Source: a virus
Taxonomy: Duplodnaviria; Heunggongvirae; Uroviricota; Caudoviricetes
Strand: one strand, 5' to 3'
IMG/VR virus record: IMGVR_UViG_2728369553_000012
DNA length: 29,305 bases
The position numbers and the translations under genes are program-made. Positions 1 through 7,892 of this stretch are shown here, in pieces. Numbering within the stretch: the stretch's first letter is position 1; every line of letters starts with the position of its first letter. The notes beneath the pieces were generated by a model. That model worked only from the letters and a program-made list of their open reading frames with translations. It ran no database searches and was not told the DNA's origin.

Positions 1-981
1 TTATAACGTCACTCCGCCTTTTAGTGGATTCAGAGCGACGGCATTTTGCAGATAGTCAGGCGCAAGGTGCGCATAGGCCATCGTCTGCTGAATGCTCGCA
101 TGTCCCAGAATCTGTTGCAGTGCGATTATATTGCCCCCATTCATCATGAAATGGCTTGCGAATGTATGCCGCAGGATATGGGTTGCCTGATTGGGTGGTA
201 TATCAGGTTTCACTCTGCGTAAAATCCCGCAAAATTTCTCATAATCAACTTTGAATAATTTGGCGCTGGCCTCCTCTTTAACTTTTTTCTCCAGTTCCTC
301 AGAAATCGGCACGGTTCGCTTTTTACCGTTTTTGGTTTTCAGGAAGGTAACCCTGCAATTTGTAATCTGTGCTGGTTTTAGCGTGGCAACTTCCGTCCAT
401 CTTCCTCCAGTGCTCAGACATAAAAGCGCGACAAGTAAGTCATCACCAGCCAAAACATTTAACAGTTTTTCGATTTCTGCTTTTTCCAGGAACGTCATTT
501 CAGGGTTGGCCTCCGCCAGTGGCGGCAGTCCGTGAATTGGGTGTTGCCCGGAAAATTCATCCAATTGAATTAATTTTGTGAACATGCCGGATAATCGGTA
601 CATGTCACGGTTTATCGTTGCGGCACTGATACCATCACGTAGTCGCATGGAACGATAATCCATCAAAGCCCTTTTGCTCATCCTGTTCACTGGTATATCA
701 CCTATGCCGCTGATGGTTTTGAGTAGATGATTAAACTCTTTTGTTCCATGCTCGTGGTTTTGCCCGTGATATTTCCACCAGATGTCCAGCAACTCACTCA
801 AAGTCCGGCGGTCTGCTCGCTGGCCTCCCCATTCTTTCTGACTGGCATTGGCGATTGTGTATCGCTCAAATGCTAGTGCTTCAGCTTTTCTTTCGAATTT
901 CCTGCGGATGCGTTTTCCGTCGCGACCGCGAGGTCTAATGTCCACTTCATAGCGACCATCATCGAGCTTCTTAATTGCCAT
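1..981 (-). CDS. int: Phage integrase, tyrosine recombinase (P2 Int-like)
   Basis: ORF 1..1011 on the minus strand. C-terminus carries tyrosine-recombinase motifs (LRHTFAS ... LGHASIQQTMAYAH with the catalytic Tyr). The internal ATG at 981 (MAIKKLDDG...) is preceded by a GGAGGG ribosome-binding site, whereas the ATG at 1011 has none, so 981 is the preferred start. Divergent from the C repressor gene as in P2. Confidence 0.9.
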   Translation of the reverse strand: MAIKKLDDGRYEVDIRPRGRDGKRIRRKFERKAEALAFERYTIANASQKEWGGQRADRRTLSELLDIWWKYHGQNHEHGTKEFNHLLKTISGIGDIPVNRMSKRALMDYRSMRLRDGISAATINRDMYRLSGMFTKLIQLDEFSGQHPIHGLPPLAEANPEMTFLEKAEIEKLLNVLAGDDLLVALLCLSTGGRWTEVATLKPAQITNCRVTFLKTKNGKKRTVPISEELEKKVKEEASAKLFKVDYEKFCGILRRVKPDIPPNQATHILRHTFASHFMMNGGNIIALQQILGHASIQQTMAYAHLAPDYLQNAVALNPLKGGVTL

Positions 982-1050
982 AAGAAAGCCCTCCGGCGCT
1001 GTATTCACCATCTTGGTAGCAAATGGTGAAAATGTAATCTTTATATAGAG

Positions 1051-1344
1051 TTATCCAATCCTTTTCTCGGAGTGGTTGGACTCTGTTGACTCTGGCCCAA
1101 TGTGCGCGAGAGCCGGTGCGATTTGTCCTGCGTCCGGCGCGGTTTTATCTGTCATAAGCCATAAAGCATATTTTTGGAATGTGGGATGCATAGTGATTTT
1201 TAGCAAAGCTGTGCCACCGGGTTCAAAGTTTCCTCCTTCATATTTTTTAAGTGTGCTTAGCGGTAACTCTATGATTTCACAGAATTTTGATTGGCTTAGC
1301 CCTTCAGCCTCACGCAAGGCCTTAATCTTTTCGCTTAATTTCAT
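1051..1344 (-). CDS. C: Immunity repressor, P2 C-like (HTH)
   Basis: 97 aa, leftward, immediately upstream of int. N-terminal HTH-like segment and a C-terminal QIAPALAH motif that I recall from P2 C (99 aa). Position is the same as in P2. Confidence 0.75.
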   Translation of the reverse strand: MKLSEKIKALREAEGLSQSKFCEIIELPLSTLKKYEGGNFEPGGTALLKITMHPTFQKYALWLMTDKTAPDAGQIAPALAHIGPESTESNHSEKRIG

Positions 1345-1465
1345 TTGACATGGTGCCTATATAGGGACTAAATTCCCTCAAAACTGGAACCTATATAGGT
1401 TCCATTGATTTGAGAATAAACCAGCGTCTAAACGGTTTTGAGTGGTTTAGAAAGGGCTGGATCCT
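1345..1465. promoter_or_regulatory. Lysis-lysogeny switch region between C and cox with divergent promoters and palindromic operators
   Basis: TTGACA hexamer at 1345-1350 directly after the C start codon. Two copies of the palindrome CCTATATAGG at 1356-1365 and 1390-1399; the second is embedded in a perfect 18-bp palindrome GGAACCTATATAGGTTCC (1386-1403). Sits between divergently transcribed C and cox. Confidence 0.6.
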
Positions 1466-1753
1466 ATGAGGGTACCATATATGGACGCTGAAAATTATGT
1501 GATTCAGTATCCGCTTGATGCGGTTCATGTGGATAAATTTGCTGATTTATTAGGGAAGCCAAAGACAGCCGTCAGTGAAATGGTGAAGGCAAATAAATTA
1601 CCAATTATTGAATTGCGTGATCCTTGCAAACCGAAGGCTCGTGCCGGTGAAAAATGGGTTTTCATTCCTGAGTTTAATCGCGCTGTACGTGAGGCGTTTT
1701 ATAACCGACCGGTTGAACAGCGTGATGCATGGCTTTTGTGGATGGGGTTGTGA
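1466..1753 (+). CDS. cox: Cox-like excisionase / early regulator
   Basis: 95 aa, first rightward gene opposite C. Shares the pattern KLPxI..DP...RAGE.WV..P..N.....RP.E.RD.WL.W.GL with P2 Cox (91 aa) as I recall it. Confidence 0.7.
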   Translation: MRVPYMDAENYVIQYPLDAVHVDKFADLLGKPKTAVSEMVKANKLPIIELRDPCKPKARAGEKWVFIPEFNRAVREAFYNRPVEQRDAWLLWMGL

Positions 1754-1755
1754 TT

Positions 1756-1926
1756 ATGAATGAGCCGCGTTGTATTGCTCAGTTACTGCGTAACGAAAGC
1801 CCCAGGGCGATTGACTTCACCATCACCCACGGGAAGGGTCGCAAGGGAATCATTATCCGCACCAAAAAACAGAGTCCGTTAAAAAAGGCTCTGACCTTTC
1901 TGAAAAGCCGGAGGTTCTGGAAATGA
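1756..1926 (+). CDS. Small basic hypothetical protein (P2 orf78 position)
   Basis: ATG at 1756 overlaps the cox stop; 56 codons, lysine/arginine-rich; ends where the next gene starts. No recognisable motif. Confidence 0.35.
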   Translation: MNEPRCIAQLLRNESPRAIDFTITHGKGRKGIIIRTKKQSPLKKALTFLKSRRFWK

Positions 1927-2423
1927 CAGTGATGACGCTCAATCTCGTCGAAAAACAGCCAGCAACTATGCGCCGGATAATTGGTAAGCATCTGGCCGTC
2001 CCTCGCTGGCAGGATACATGTGATTATTATAATCAGATGATGGAGCGCGAACGGTTAACGGTTTGCTTTCATGCGCAGTTAAAACAGCGTCACGCAACGA
2101 TGCGTTTTGAAGAAATGAACGACGTCGAACGTGAACGGCTGGTTTGTGCAATTGATGAATTGCGTGGGGCATTCTCAAAACGCCGTCAGGTTGGCGCAAG
2201 TGAGTATGCATATATTAGTTTTTTAACAGTCAGTCAGCGTCGTACTTTATTTATGCATGCCGGATTGACTGAAAAAGAATTCAACCAGCCATACTGGCGA
2301 ATTAATGAAGAGTCATGTTACTGGCGTGATGCTTTATTCCGTGCATTACGTGAATTATTCAGCCTGTTTGAGTATGCACCGACAATTCTGACGTCGGTAA
2401 AACCAGAGCAATATCTGCATTAA
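1923..2423 (+). CDS. B: Replication protein B-like (P2 gpB position)
   Basis: 166 aa, the same length as P2 B, and in the P2 position between cox and A. Assignment rests on synteny and size, not on a recognised motif. Confidence 0.5.
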   Translation: MTVMTLNLVEKQPATMRRIIGKHLAVPRWQDTCDYYNQMMERERLTVCFHAQLKQRHATMRFEEMNDVERERLVCAIDELRGAFSKRRQVGASEYAYISFLTVSQRRTLFMHAGLTEKEFNQPYWRINEESCYWRDALFRALRELFSLFEYAPTILTSVKPEQYLH

Positions 2424-2486
2424 GTAATTAACCAGAGTTTTTAACGCACTTAATCGTGCGGGGCTTCTTTTTGCCTGGAGAAAGTC

Positions 2487-2711
2487 ATGCATACAGTTTC
2501 TGAAAATCAGTGCGGTAAATACGCATTACTGCTGCAACAGGCCAGAACCGAAGCACAGGCCGACGCTGCGACGCGCTTTTCTTCTCATCTTGACGCCATG
2601 ATTCGCCATATCACAAAGGCGGAGTTATCCCGCGTGGAGATAGTCGAGCTGCTCAGTCAGGAGTCGGAAAAATTTCACAATATCGGATTGTCTCGCGGGG
2701 AGGTGCTTTGA
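2487..2711 (+). CDS. Hypothetical early protein
   Basis: 74-codon ORF in the early rightward operon, translationally coupled to the next ORF (ATGA overlap at 2708). Confidence 0.5.
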   Translation: MHTVSENQCGKYALLLQQARTEAQADAATRFSSHLDAMIRHITKAELSRVEIVELLSQESEKFHNIGLSRGEVL

Positions 2712-3013
2712 TGTCCTGTTCTCATTCAGTTGTATTACTGAATAACGCCTTAAAAATCGCCGTTATGAAAAATGGCGATTTGTCTCTTATTCAACTTTGT
2801 CTTGATAAAGAAAAACGCGACATAACTGAATCTGTTATCGCGATTTATCAGAATGAATTAAACCTCCTGTCTGATGTGGTCAATTTACTTGTTAAACGCG
2901 CTGTATTTCATAAGCAAATTTCATCCGTGGATGAACTGACAAAATTAACGACAGAAATCGCCAGCTATTGCGCTGATGAATTTAAGAAGCTGAACGACAA
3001 AAGGAGCTGGTAA
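2708..3013 (+). CDS. Hypothetical protein, AT-rich insert in the early operon
   Basis: 101-codon ORF, visibly more AT-rich than the flanking early genes, with start and stop coupled to its neighbours. No recognisable domain. Confidence 0.5.
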   Translation: MMSCSHSVVLLNNALKIAVMKNGDLSLIQLCLDKEKRDITESVIAIYQNELNLLSDVVNLLVKRAVFHKQISSVDELTKLTTEIASYCADEFKKLNDKRSW

Positions 3014-3237
3014 TGCCGGACAACATAGATTTTATTCAGGAACAACAGGCTGAATTACTGGAGCGCCAGATTAACGCGGCAAGGGTAAAACATTGCGGTG
3101 TTTCTGCGCTGGTTTGCGAAGAGTGTGACGCGCCAATACCTGCTGCCCGTCGTGCAGCTTATCCGTCAGCCACGCGTTGTGTTTCCTGCCAGTCAGTCTT
3201 TGAAGCAAAAAACAAGCATTACCGGAGAATGGCATGA
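3013..3237 (+). CDS. TraR/DksA-family C4 zinc-finger protein
   Basis: 74 aa with CEEC-x-CVSC cysteine pairs in the C-terminal half after a helical N-terminus; typical of the phage TraR/DksA-like zinc-finger proteins found in P2-like early operons. Confidence 0.65.
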   Translation: MPDNIDFIQEQQAELLERQINAARVKHCGVSALVCEECDAPIPAARRAAYPSATRCVSCQSVFEAKNKHYRRMA

Positions 3238-3509
3238 GTATTCGTATCGAAATTGGCGAACGTTATGTCGTTACCAGTGACAGCTTTCAGTTTATTCTCC
3301 ACGAGAAAAAGAGAGCGGAAAGCGGTAAAAACGCCGGTCAGGAATGGCTGGCGGTGGTTGGTTATTACCCGAAATTAAGCCAGCTCGTTTCCGGCCTGAT
3401 GCATCACGATATTCTGACCGGAAGCGCAAAGTCTTTTGCTGATTTAAACGCGCAGGTTGAGCAACTCAGCAAGCGTTGTTCTGAGGCTTTTGGCTCATAT
3501 GGCCGTTAA
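3234..3509 (+). CDS. Hypothetical early protein
   Basis: 91-codon ORF; its stop overlaps the preferred A start. Confidence 0.5.
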   Translation: MSIRIEIGERYVVTSDSFQFILHEKKRAESGKNAGQEWLAVVGYYPKLSQLVSGLMHHDILTGSAKSFADLNAQVEQLSKRCSEAFGSYGR

Positions 3510-5775
3510 AGCCTCCGGGCGTTTTGTCCCTCCGTCAGCATTTGCCGCAGGCACCGGTAAGGCGTTTACCGGTGCTTATGCATGGAACGCGCCACGCGAG
3601 GCTGTCGGGCGCGAAAGACCTCTTACACGTGACGAGATGCGTCAGGTGCAAGGTGTTTTATCCACGATTAACCGCCTGCCTTACTTTTTGCGCTCGCTGT
3701 TTACTTCACGCTATGACTACATCCGGCGCAATAAAAGCCCGGTGCACGGGTTTTATTTCCTCACATCCACTTTTCAGCGTCGTTTATGGCCGCGCATTGA
3801 GCGTGTGAATCAGCGCCATGAAATGAACACCGACGCGTCGATGCTGTTTCTGGCAGAGCGTGACCACTATGCGCGCCTGCCGGGAATGAATGACAAGGAG
3901 CTGAAAAAGTTTGCCGCCCGTATCTCATCGCAGCTTTTCATGATGTATGAGGAACTCAGCGATGCCTGGGTGGATGCGCATGGCGAGAAAGAATCGCTGT
4001 TTACGGATGAGGCGCAGGCTCACCTCTATGGTCATGTTGCTGGCGCTGCACGTGCTTTCAATATTTCCCCTCTCTACTGGAAAAAATACCGTAAAGGACA
4101 GATGACCACGAGGCAGGCATATTCTGCCATTGCCCGTCTGTTTAACGATGAGTGGTGGACTCATCAGCTTAAAGGCCAGCGTATGCGCTGGCATGAAGCG
4201 TTACTGATAGCTGTCGGGGAGGTCAATAAAGACCGTTCTCCTTATGCCAGTAAACATGCCATTCGTGATGTGCGTGCGCGCCGCCAGGCAAATCTGGAAT
4301 TTCTTAAATCGTGTGACCTTGAAAACAGGGAAACCGGCGAGCGCATCGACCTTATCAGTAAGGTGATGGGCAGTATTTCTAATCCTGAAATTCGCCGGAT
4401 GGAGCTGATGAACACCATTGCCGGTATTGAGCGTTACGCCGCCGCAGAGGGTGATGTGGGGATGTTTATCACGCTGACCGCGCCGTCAAAGTATCACCCG
4501 GCACGTCAGGTCGGAAAAGGCGAAAGTAAAACCGTCCAGCTTAATCACGGCTGGAATGATGAGGCATTTAATCCAAAGGATGCGCAGCGATATCTCTGCC
4601 GTATCTGGAGCCTGATGCGCACGGCATTCAAGGATAATGACTTACAGGTCTACGGTTTGCGTGTCGTCGAGCCACACCACGACGGAACGCCGCACTGGCA
4701 TATGATGCTTTTTTGTAATCCACGCCAGCGTAACCAGATTATTGAAATCATGCGTCGCTATGCGCTCAAAGAGGATGGCGACGAAAGAGGAGCCGCGCGA
4801 AACCGTTTTCAGGCAAAACACCTTAACCGGGGCGGTGCTGCGGGATATATCGCGAAATACATCTCAAAAAACATCGACGGCTATGCACTGGATGGTCAGC
4901 TCGATAATGATACCGGTAGGCCGCTGAAAGATACTGCGGCGGCTGTTACCGCATGGGCATCAACGTGGCGCATCCCGCAATTTAAAACGGTTGGCCTGCC
5001 GACAATGGGAGCTTACCGTGAGCTACGTAAATTGCCTCGCGGCGTCAGCATTGCTGATGAATTTGACGAACGCGTGGAGGCTGCACGCGCCGCCGCAGAC
5101 AGTGGCGATTTTGCGCTGTATATCAGCGCGCAGGGCGGGGCAAATGTCCCGCGCGATTGTCAGACTGTCAGGGTCGCCCGTAGCCCGTCGGATGACGTTA
5201 ACGAATACGAGGAAGAAGTCGAGAGAGTGGTCGGCATTTACGCGCCGCATCTCGGCGCGCGTCATATTCATATCACCAGAACGACGGACTGGCGCATTGT
5301 GCCGAAAGTTCCGGTCGTTGAGCCTTTGACTTTAAAAAGCGGCATCGCCGCGCCTCGGAGTCCTGTCAATAACTGTGGAAAGCTCACCGGTGGTGATACT
5401 TCGTTACCGGCTCCCACACCTTCTGAGCACGCCGCAGCAGTGCTTAATCTGGTAGATGACGGTGTTATCGAATGGAGTGACCCGGAGGTCGTGATGGCGC
5501 TCAGGGGCGCATTAAAACACGGACTGAGAACACCAAATCGTCAGCAAAGAAACGGAAGCCCGTTAAAACCACATGAAATTGCACCATCGGCCAGACTGAC
5601 CCGGTCGGAAAGAATGCAAATTACCCGTATCCGCGTTGACCTCGCTCAGAACGGTATCAGGCCGCAACGATGGGAGCTTGAGGCGCTGGCGCGTGGCGCG
5701 ACCGTAAATTATGACGGGAAAAAATTCACGTATCCGGTTGCTGATGAGTGGCCGGGGTTCTCGTTACCCATTTGA
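3499..5775 (+). CDS. A: Rolling-circle replication initiator endonuclease (P2 gpA-like)
   Basis: ORF 3457..5775. HUH-type motif (GTPHWHMMLF) and a tyrosine-pair motif (AAGYIAKYISKNIDGY). Start at 3499 gives 758 aa against about 761 for P2 A; the 3457 start would overlap the previous ORF further. Confidence 0.85.
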   Translation: MAVKASGRFVPPSAFAAGTGKAFTGAYAWNAPREAVGRERPLTRDEMRQVQGVLSTINRLPYFLRSLFTSRYDYIRRNKSPVHGFYFLTSTFQRRLWPRIERVNQRHEMNTDASMLFLAERDHYARLPGMNDKELKKFAARISSQLFMMYEELSDAWVDAHGEKESLFTDEAQAHLYGHVAGAARAFNISPLYWKKYRKGQMTTRQAYSAIARLFNDEWWTHQLKGQRMRWHEALLIAVGEVNKDRSPYASKHAIRDVRARRQANLEFLKSCDLENRETGERIDLISKVMGSISNPEIRRMELMNTIAGIERYAAAEGDVGMFITLTAPSKYHPARQVGKGESKTVQLNHGWNDEAFNPKDAQRYLCRIWSLMRTAFKDNDLQVYGLRVVEPHHDGTPHWHMMLFCNPRQRNQIIEIMRRYALKEDGDERGAARNRFQAKHLNRGGAAGYIAKYISKNIDGYALDGQLDNDTGRPLKDTAAAVTAWASTWRIPQFKTVGLPTMGAYRELRKLPRGVSIADEFDERVEAARAAADSGDFALYISAQGGANVPRDCQTVRVARSPSDDVNEYEEEVERVVGIYAPHLGARHIHITRTTDWRIVPKVPVVEPLTLKSGIAAPRSPVNNCGKLTGGDTSLPAPTPSEHAAAVLNLVDDGVIEWSDPEVVMALRGALKHGLRTPNRQQRNGSPLKPHEIAPSARLTRSERMQITRIRVDLAQNGIRPQRWELEALARGATVNYDGKKFTYPVADEWPGFSLPI

Positions 5776-6035
5776 GTAAAAACACAACGTGATTTGATAT
5801 GGCATTGAATGGCTTATGCGGAGCAGTTATGGGGCAGCAGAAGGTCAATAGCATGCTGAATTAGAAGGCTAAATGCTATTGAGTGACTAGCATGTCGGTA
5901 AGGACAGCCGTTTGATCCGGGTCATAAAAGGCCATCCATTTAGTCTAATAAAATCATTGCGGGTAACCTTATGTCGACGCATAATTCGTCTTGAGCGAAG
6001 TCTTGTCAGTCTTTCATCGTATTGATGATGGGCGC

Positions 6036-6065
6036 AAAAAAACCACCCTGGCAGGTGGTTTTTTT
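6036..6065. terminator. Bidirectional rho-independent terminator
   Basis: AAAAAAACCACC-CTGGCA-GGTGGTTTTTTT: a 7-bp GC-containing stem with an A-run upstream and a T-run downstream, so it can terminate both the A transcript and the minus-strand small ORF. Confidence 0.6.
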
Positions 6066-6077
6066 GTTTGAAGCATA

Positions 6078-6191
6078 TTAAAGCATAATGCTGACATTGA
6101 TATTACTGACGTTTACTGACAAACCACTCGGACTACCGTTTGGATAGCCAAAGAGGGCCAGAACGAGAATGCAGTAATAGCATTTCTTCAT
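6078..6191 (-). CDS. Small hydrophobic peptide, 37 aa (MKKCYYCILVLALFGYPNGSPSGLSVNVSNINVSIML)
   Basis: Consensus AGGAGG 4 nt upstream of the ATG (plus-strand CCTCCT at 6196-6201). Short charged N-terminus, a 13-residue hydrophobic core and a polar tail; the stop lies 12 nt from the bidirectional terminator. I checked the translation by hand. The 88-codon version in the ORF track has no such ribosome-binding site. Confidence 0.4.
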   Translation of the reverse strand: MKKCYYCILVLALFGYPNGSPSGLSVNVSNINVSIML

Positions 6192-6669
6192 ATTGCCTCC
6201 TGTAAGTAGAGGGCAACTTCCACCGGTATATGCGCTTCTTAGGTGGAATGACTTTTGAGCGAAGTCTTGCCCTGAAATAATGCTCTGTTTAAACGCAAAG
6301 TGATTTGGCATATCACCGAACAGAGAGCCGGAAAAACACAACATATAGTATGTCGTTGTTTCTAGGCATACATTCTATGTTGTGTAACAAGGGCTTTGCA
6401 TTAAACATGTTTGAGATTTTATTGATGTAGCTCAAAGTAAAAAACAGAGACTACGGATGATAAGGTCTTGAAAGCAATGTAAATTTTTTAAAGTTGCCAA
6501 TTGCTTAAAAATGTACAGTTGCGGTATGGCGTACTTAAAAAGCTATGCATGCAACAAGTGAATGTTTTTGCATGCGTTGGGGATGTCCGTTCAGGCGGCG
6601 TGCGGTCAGGACTGGTGCGGATCCATAGTATCTATGCAACTGCATTAAAACCGCCCCGTGAAGCGGGCG

Positions 6670-6688
6670 GGCGAGGCGGGGAAAGCAC
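6670..6688. other. cos cohesive-end site
   Basis: GGCGAGGCGGGGAAAGCAC, which matches the 19-nt P2 cohesive end as I recall it, about 170 bp beyond the Q stop, as in P2. Confidence 0.55.
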
Positions 6689-6830
6689 TGCGCGCTGGCG
6701 GTGGTGCTGATTTTATTTTTTCAGCGTCTGAGCGCGTCGTGATGGCGTTTAGATTGTTCGCCGGGGCGTTGGTGTGTCTGCGGGCTGTTTTGTGCGGTGG
6801 TGAGCGTGTGAGGGCGTGATGGCGGGGTGT

Positions 6831-6852
6831 AAAAAAGCCGCCCGCAGGCGGC
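6831..6852 (-). terminator. Rho-independent terminator after Q
   Basis: GCCGCC-CGCA-GGCGGC hairpin; on the minus strand it is followed by a U-run (plus-strand A6 at 6831-6836), directly after the Q stop codon. Confidence 0.5.
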
Positions 6853-6857
6853 GATGT

Positions 6858-7892
6858 TCAGCCGTTGTCAGTGTCCAGTGAGTAGTTTTTAAAGCGGATG
6901 ACCTCCTGACCGAGCCAGCCGTTTATTTCCCGAATCCTGTCCTGTAACGGGATTAGCTCATTGCGGACAAAGACCTTTGCCACTTTCTCAATATCGCCCA
7001 GTGACCCGACGTTCTCCGGCTTGCCACCCATCAACTGAAAGGGGATGCGGTGTGCGTCCAGCAGGTCAGCGGCGCTGGCTTTTTTGATATTAAAAAAATC
7101 GTCCTTCGTCGCCACTTCACTGAGCGGGATAATTTTAATGCCGTCGGCTTTCCCCTGCGGGGCATAGAGAAACAGGTTTTTAAAGTTGTTGCGGCCTTTC
7201 GACTTCACCATGTTTTCGCGAAGCATTTCGATATCGTTGCGATCCTGCACGGCATCGGTAACGTACATGATGTATCCGGCATGTGCGCCGTTTTCGTAAT
7301 ACTTTCGGCGGAACAGCGTGGCCGACTCATTCAGCCAGGCAGAATTAAGGGCGCTGAGATATTCCGGCAGGCCGTACAACTCCTGATTAATATCCGGCTC
7401 CAGCAGGTGAAACACGGAGCCGGGTGTGAAGGCTGTCGGCTCGTTGAAGGACGGCACCCACCAGTAAACATCCTCCTCCACGCCACGGCGGGTATATTTT
7501 GCCGGTGAGGTTTCCAGTCTGATGACCTTACCGGTGGTGCTGTAACGCTTTTCCAGAAACGCATTACCGAACACCAGAAAATCCAGCACAAAACGGCTGA
7601 AATCCTGCTGGGAAAGCCACGGGTGCGGGATAAACGTTGAAGCCAGAATATTACGTTTGACGTAAATCGGTGAGCTGTGATGCACGGCAGCACGCAGGCT
7701 TTTTGCCAGACCGGTAAAGCTGACCGGCGGCTCATACCATCTGCCGTTACTGATGCACTCGACGTAATCCAGAATGTCACGGCGGTCGAGTACCGGCACC
7801 GGCTCGCCAAAGGTGAATGCTTCCATTTTCGGGGCGCTGGCGGTGATTGTTTTTGCCGCAGGTCGCGGTGTTTTCCCTTTTTTCTTGCTCAT
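6858..7892 (-). CDS. Q: Portal protein (P2 gpQ-like)
   Basis: 344 aa, the same length as P2 Q; leftward, adjacent to cos, with an ATGA overlap onto P. Confidence 0.9.
   Translation of the reverse strand: MSKKKGKTPRPAAKTITASAPKMEAFTFGEPVPVLDRRDILDYVECISNGRWYEPPVSFTGLAKSLRAAVHHSSPIYVKRNILASTFIPHPWLSQQDFSRFVLDFLVFGNAFLEKRYSTTGKVIRLETSPAKYTRRGVEEDVYWWVPSFNEPTAFTPGSVFHLLEPDINQELYGLPEYLSALNSAWLNESATLFRRKYYENGAHAGYIMYVTDAVQDRNDIEMLRENMVKSKGRNNFKNLFLYAPQGKADGIKIIPLSEVATKDDFFNIKKASAADLLDAHRIPFQLMGGKPENVGSLGDIEKVAKVFVRNELIPLQDRIREINGWLGQEVIRFKNYSLDTDNG

Noticed and set aside
1923-2423. Calling the 166-aa early protein a CII-type lysogeny regulator
   Set aside because: It does not resemble the 186 CII sequence as I recall it; the position and exact length fit P2 gene B better. 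It remains low confidence either way.
3457-3498. Earlier start for replication gene A
   Set aside because: It would overlap the preceding ORF by 50 nt; the start at 3499 gives a length close to P2 A.
6078-6344. Long 88-codon version of the minus-strand small ORF
   Set aside because: The upstream ATG has no ribosome-binding site and the extension crosses one of the direct repeats; the internal ATG at 6191 with AGGAGG is the credible start.
5776-6669. Retron or other reverse-transcriptase-based cargo in the A-cos locus
   Set aside because: P2-like phages can carry retrons at this slot, but there is no ORF large enough for a reverse transcriptase here; only short repeats and hairpins.
6501-6710. 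69-codon plus-strand ORF spanning the cos site
   Set aside because: No ribosome-binding site, Gly/Arg-rich off-frame-like composition, and it runs across the cohesive-end sequence; more likely non-coding packaging DNA.
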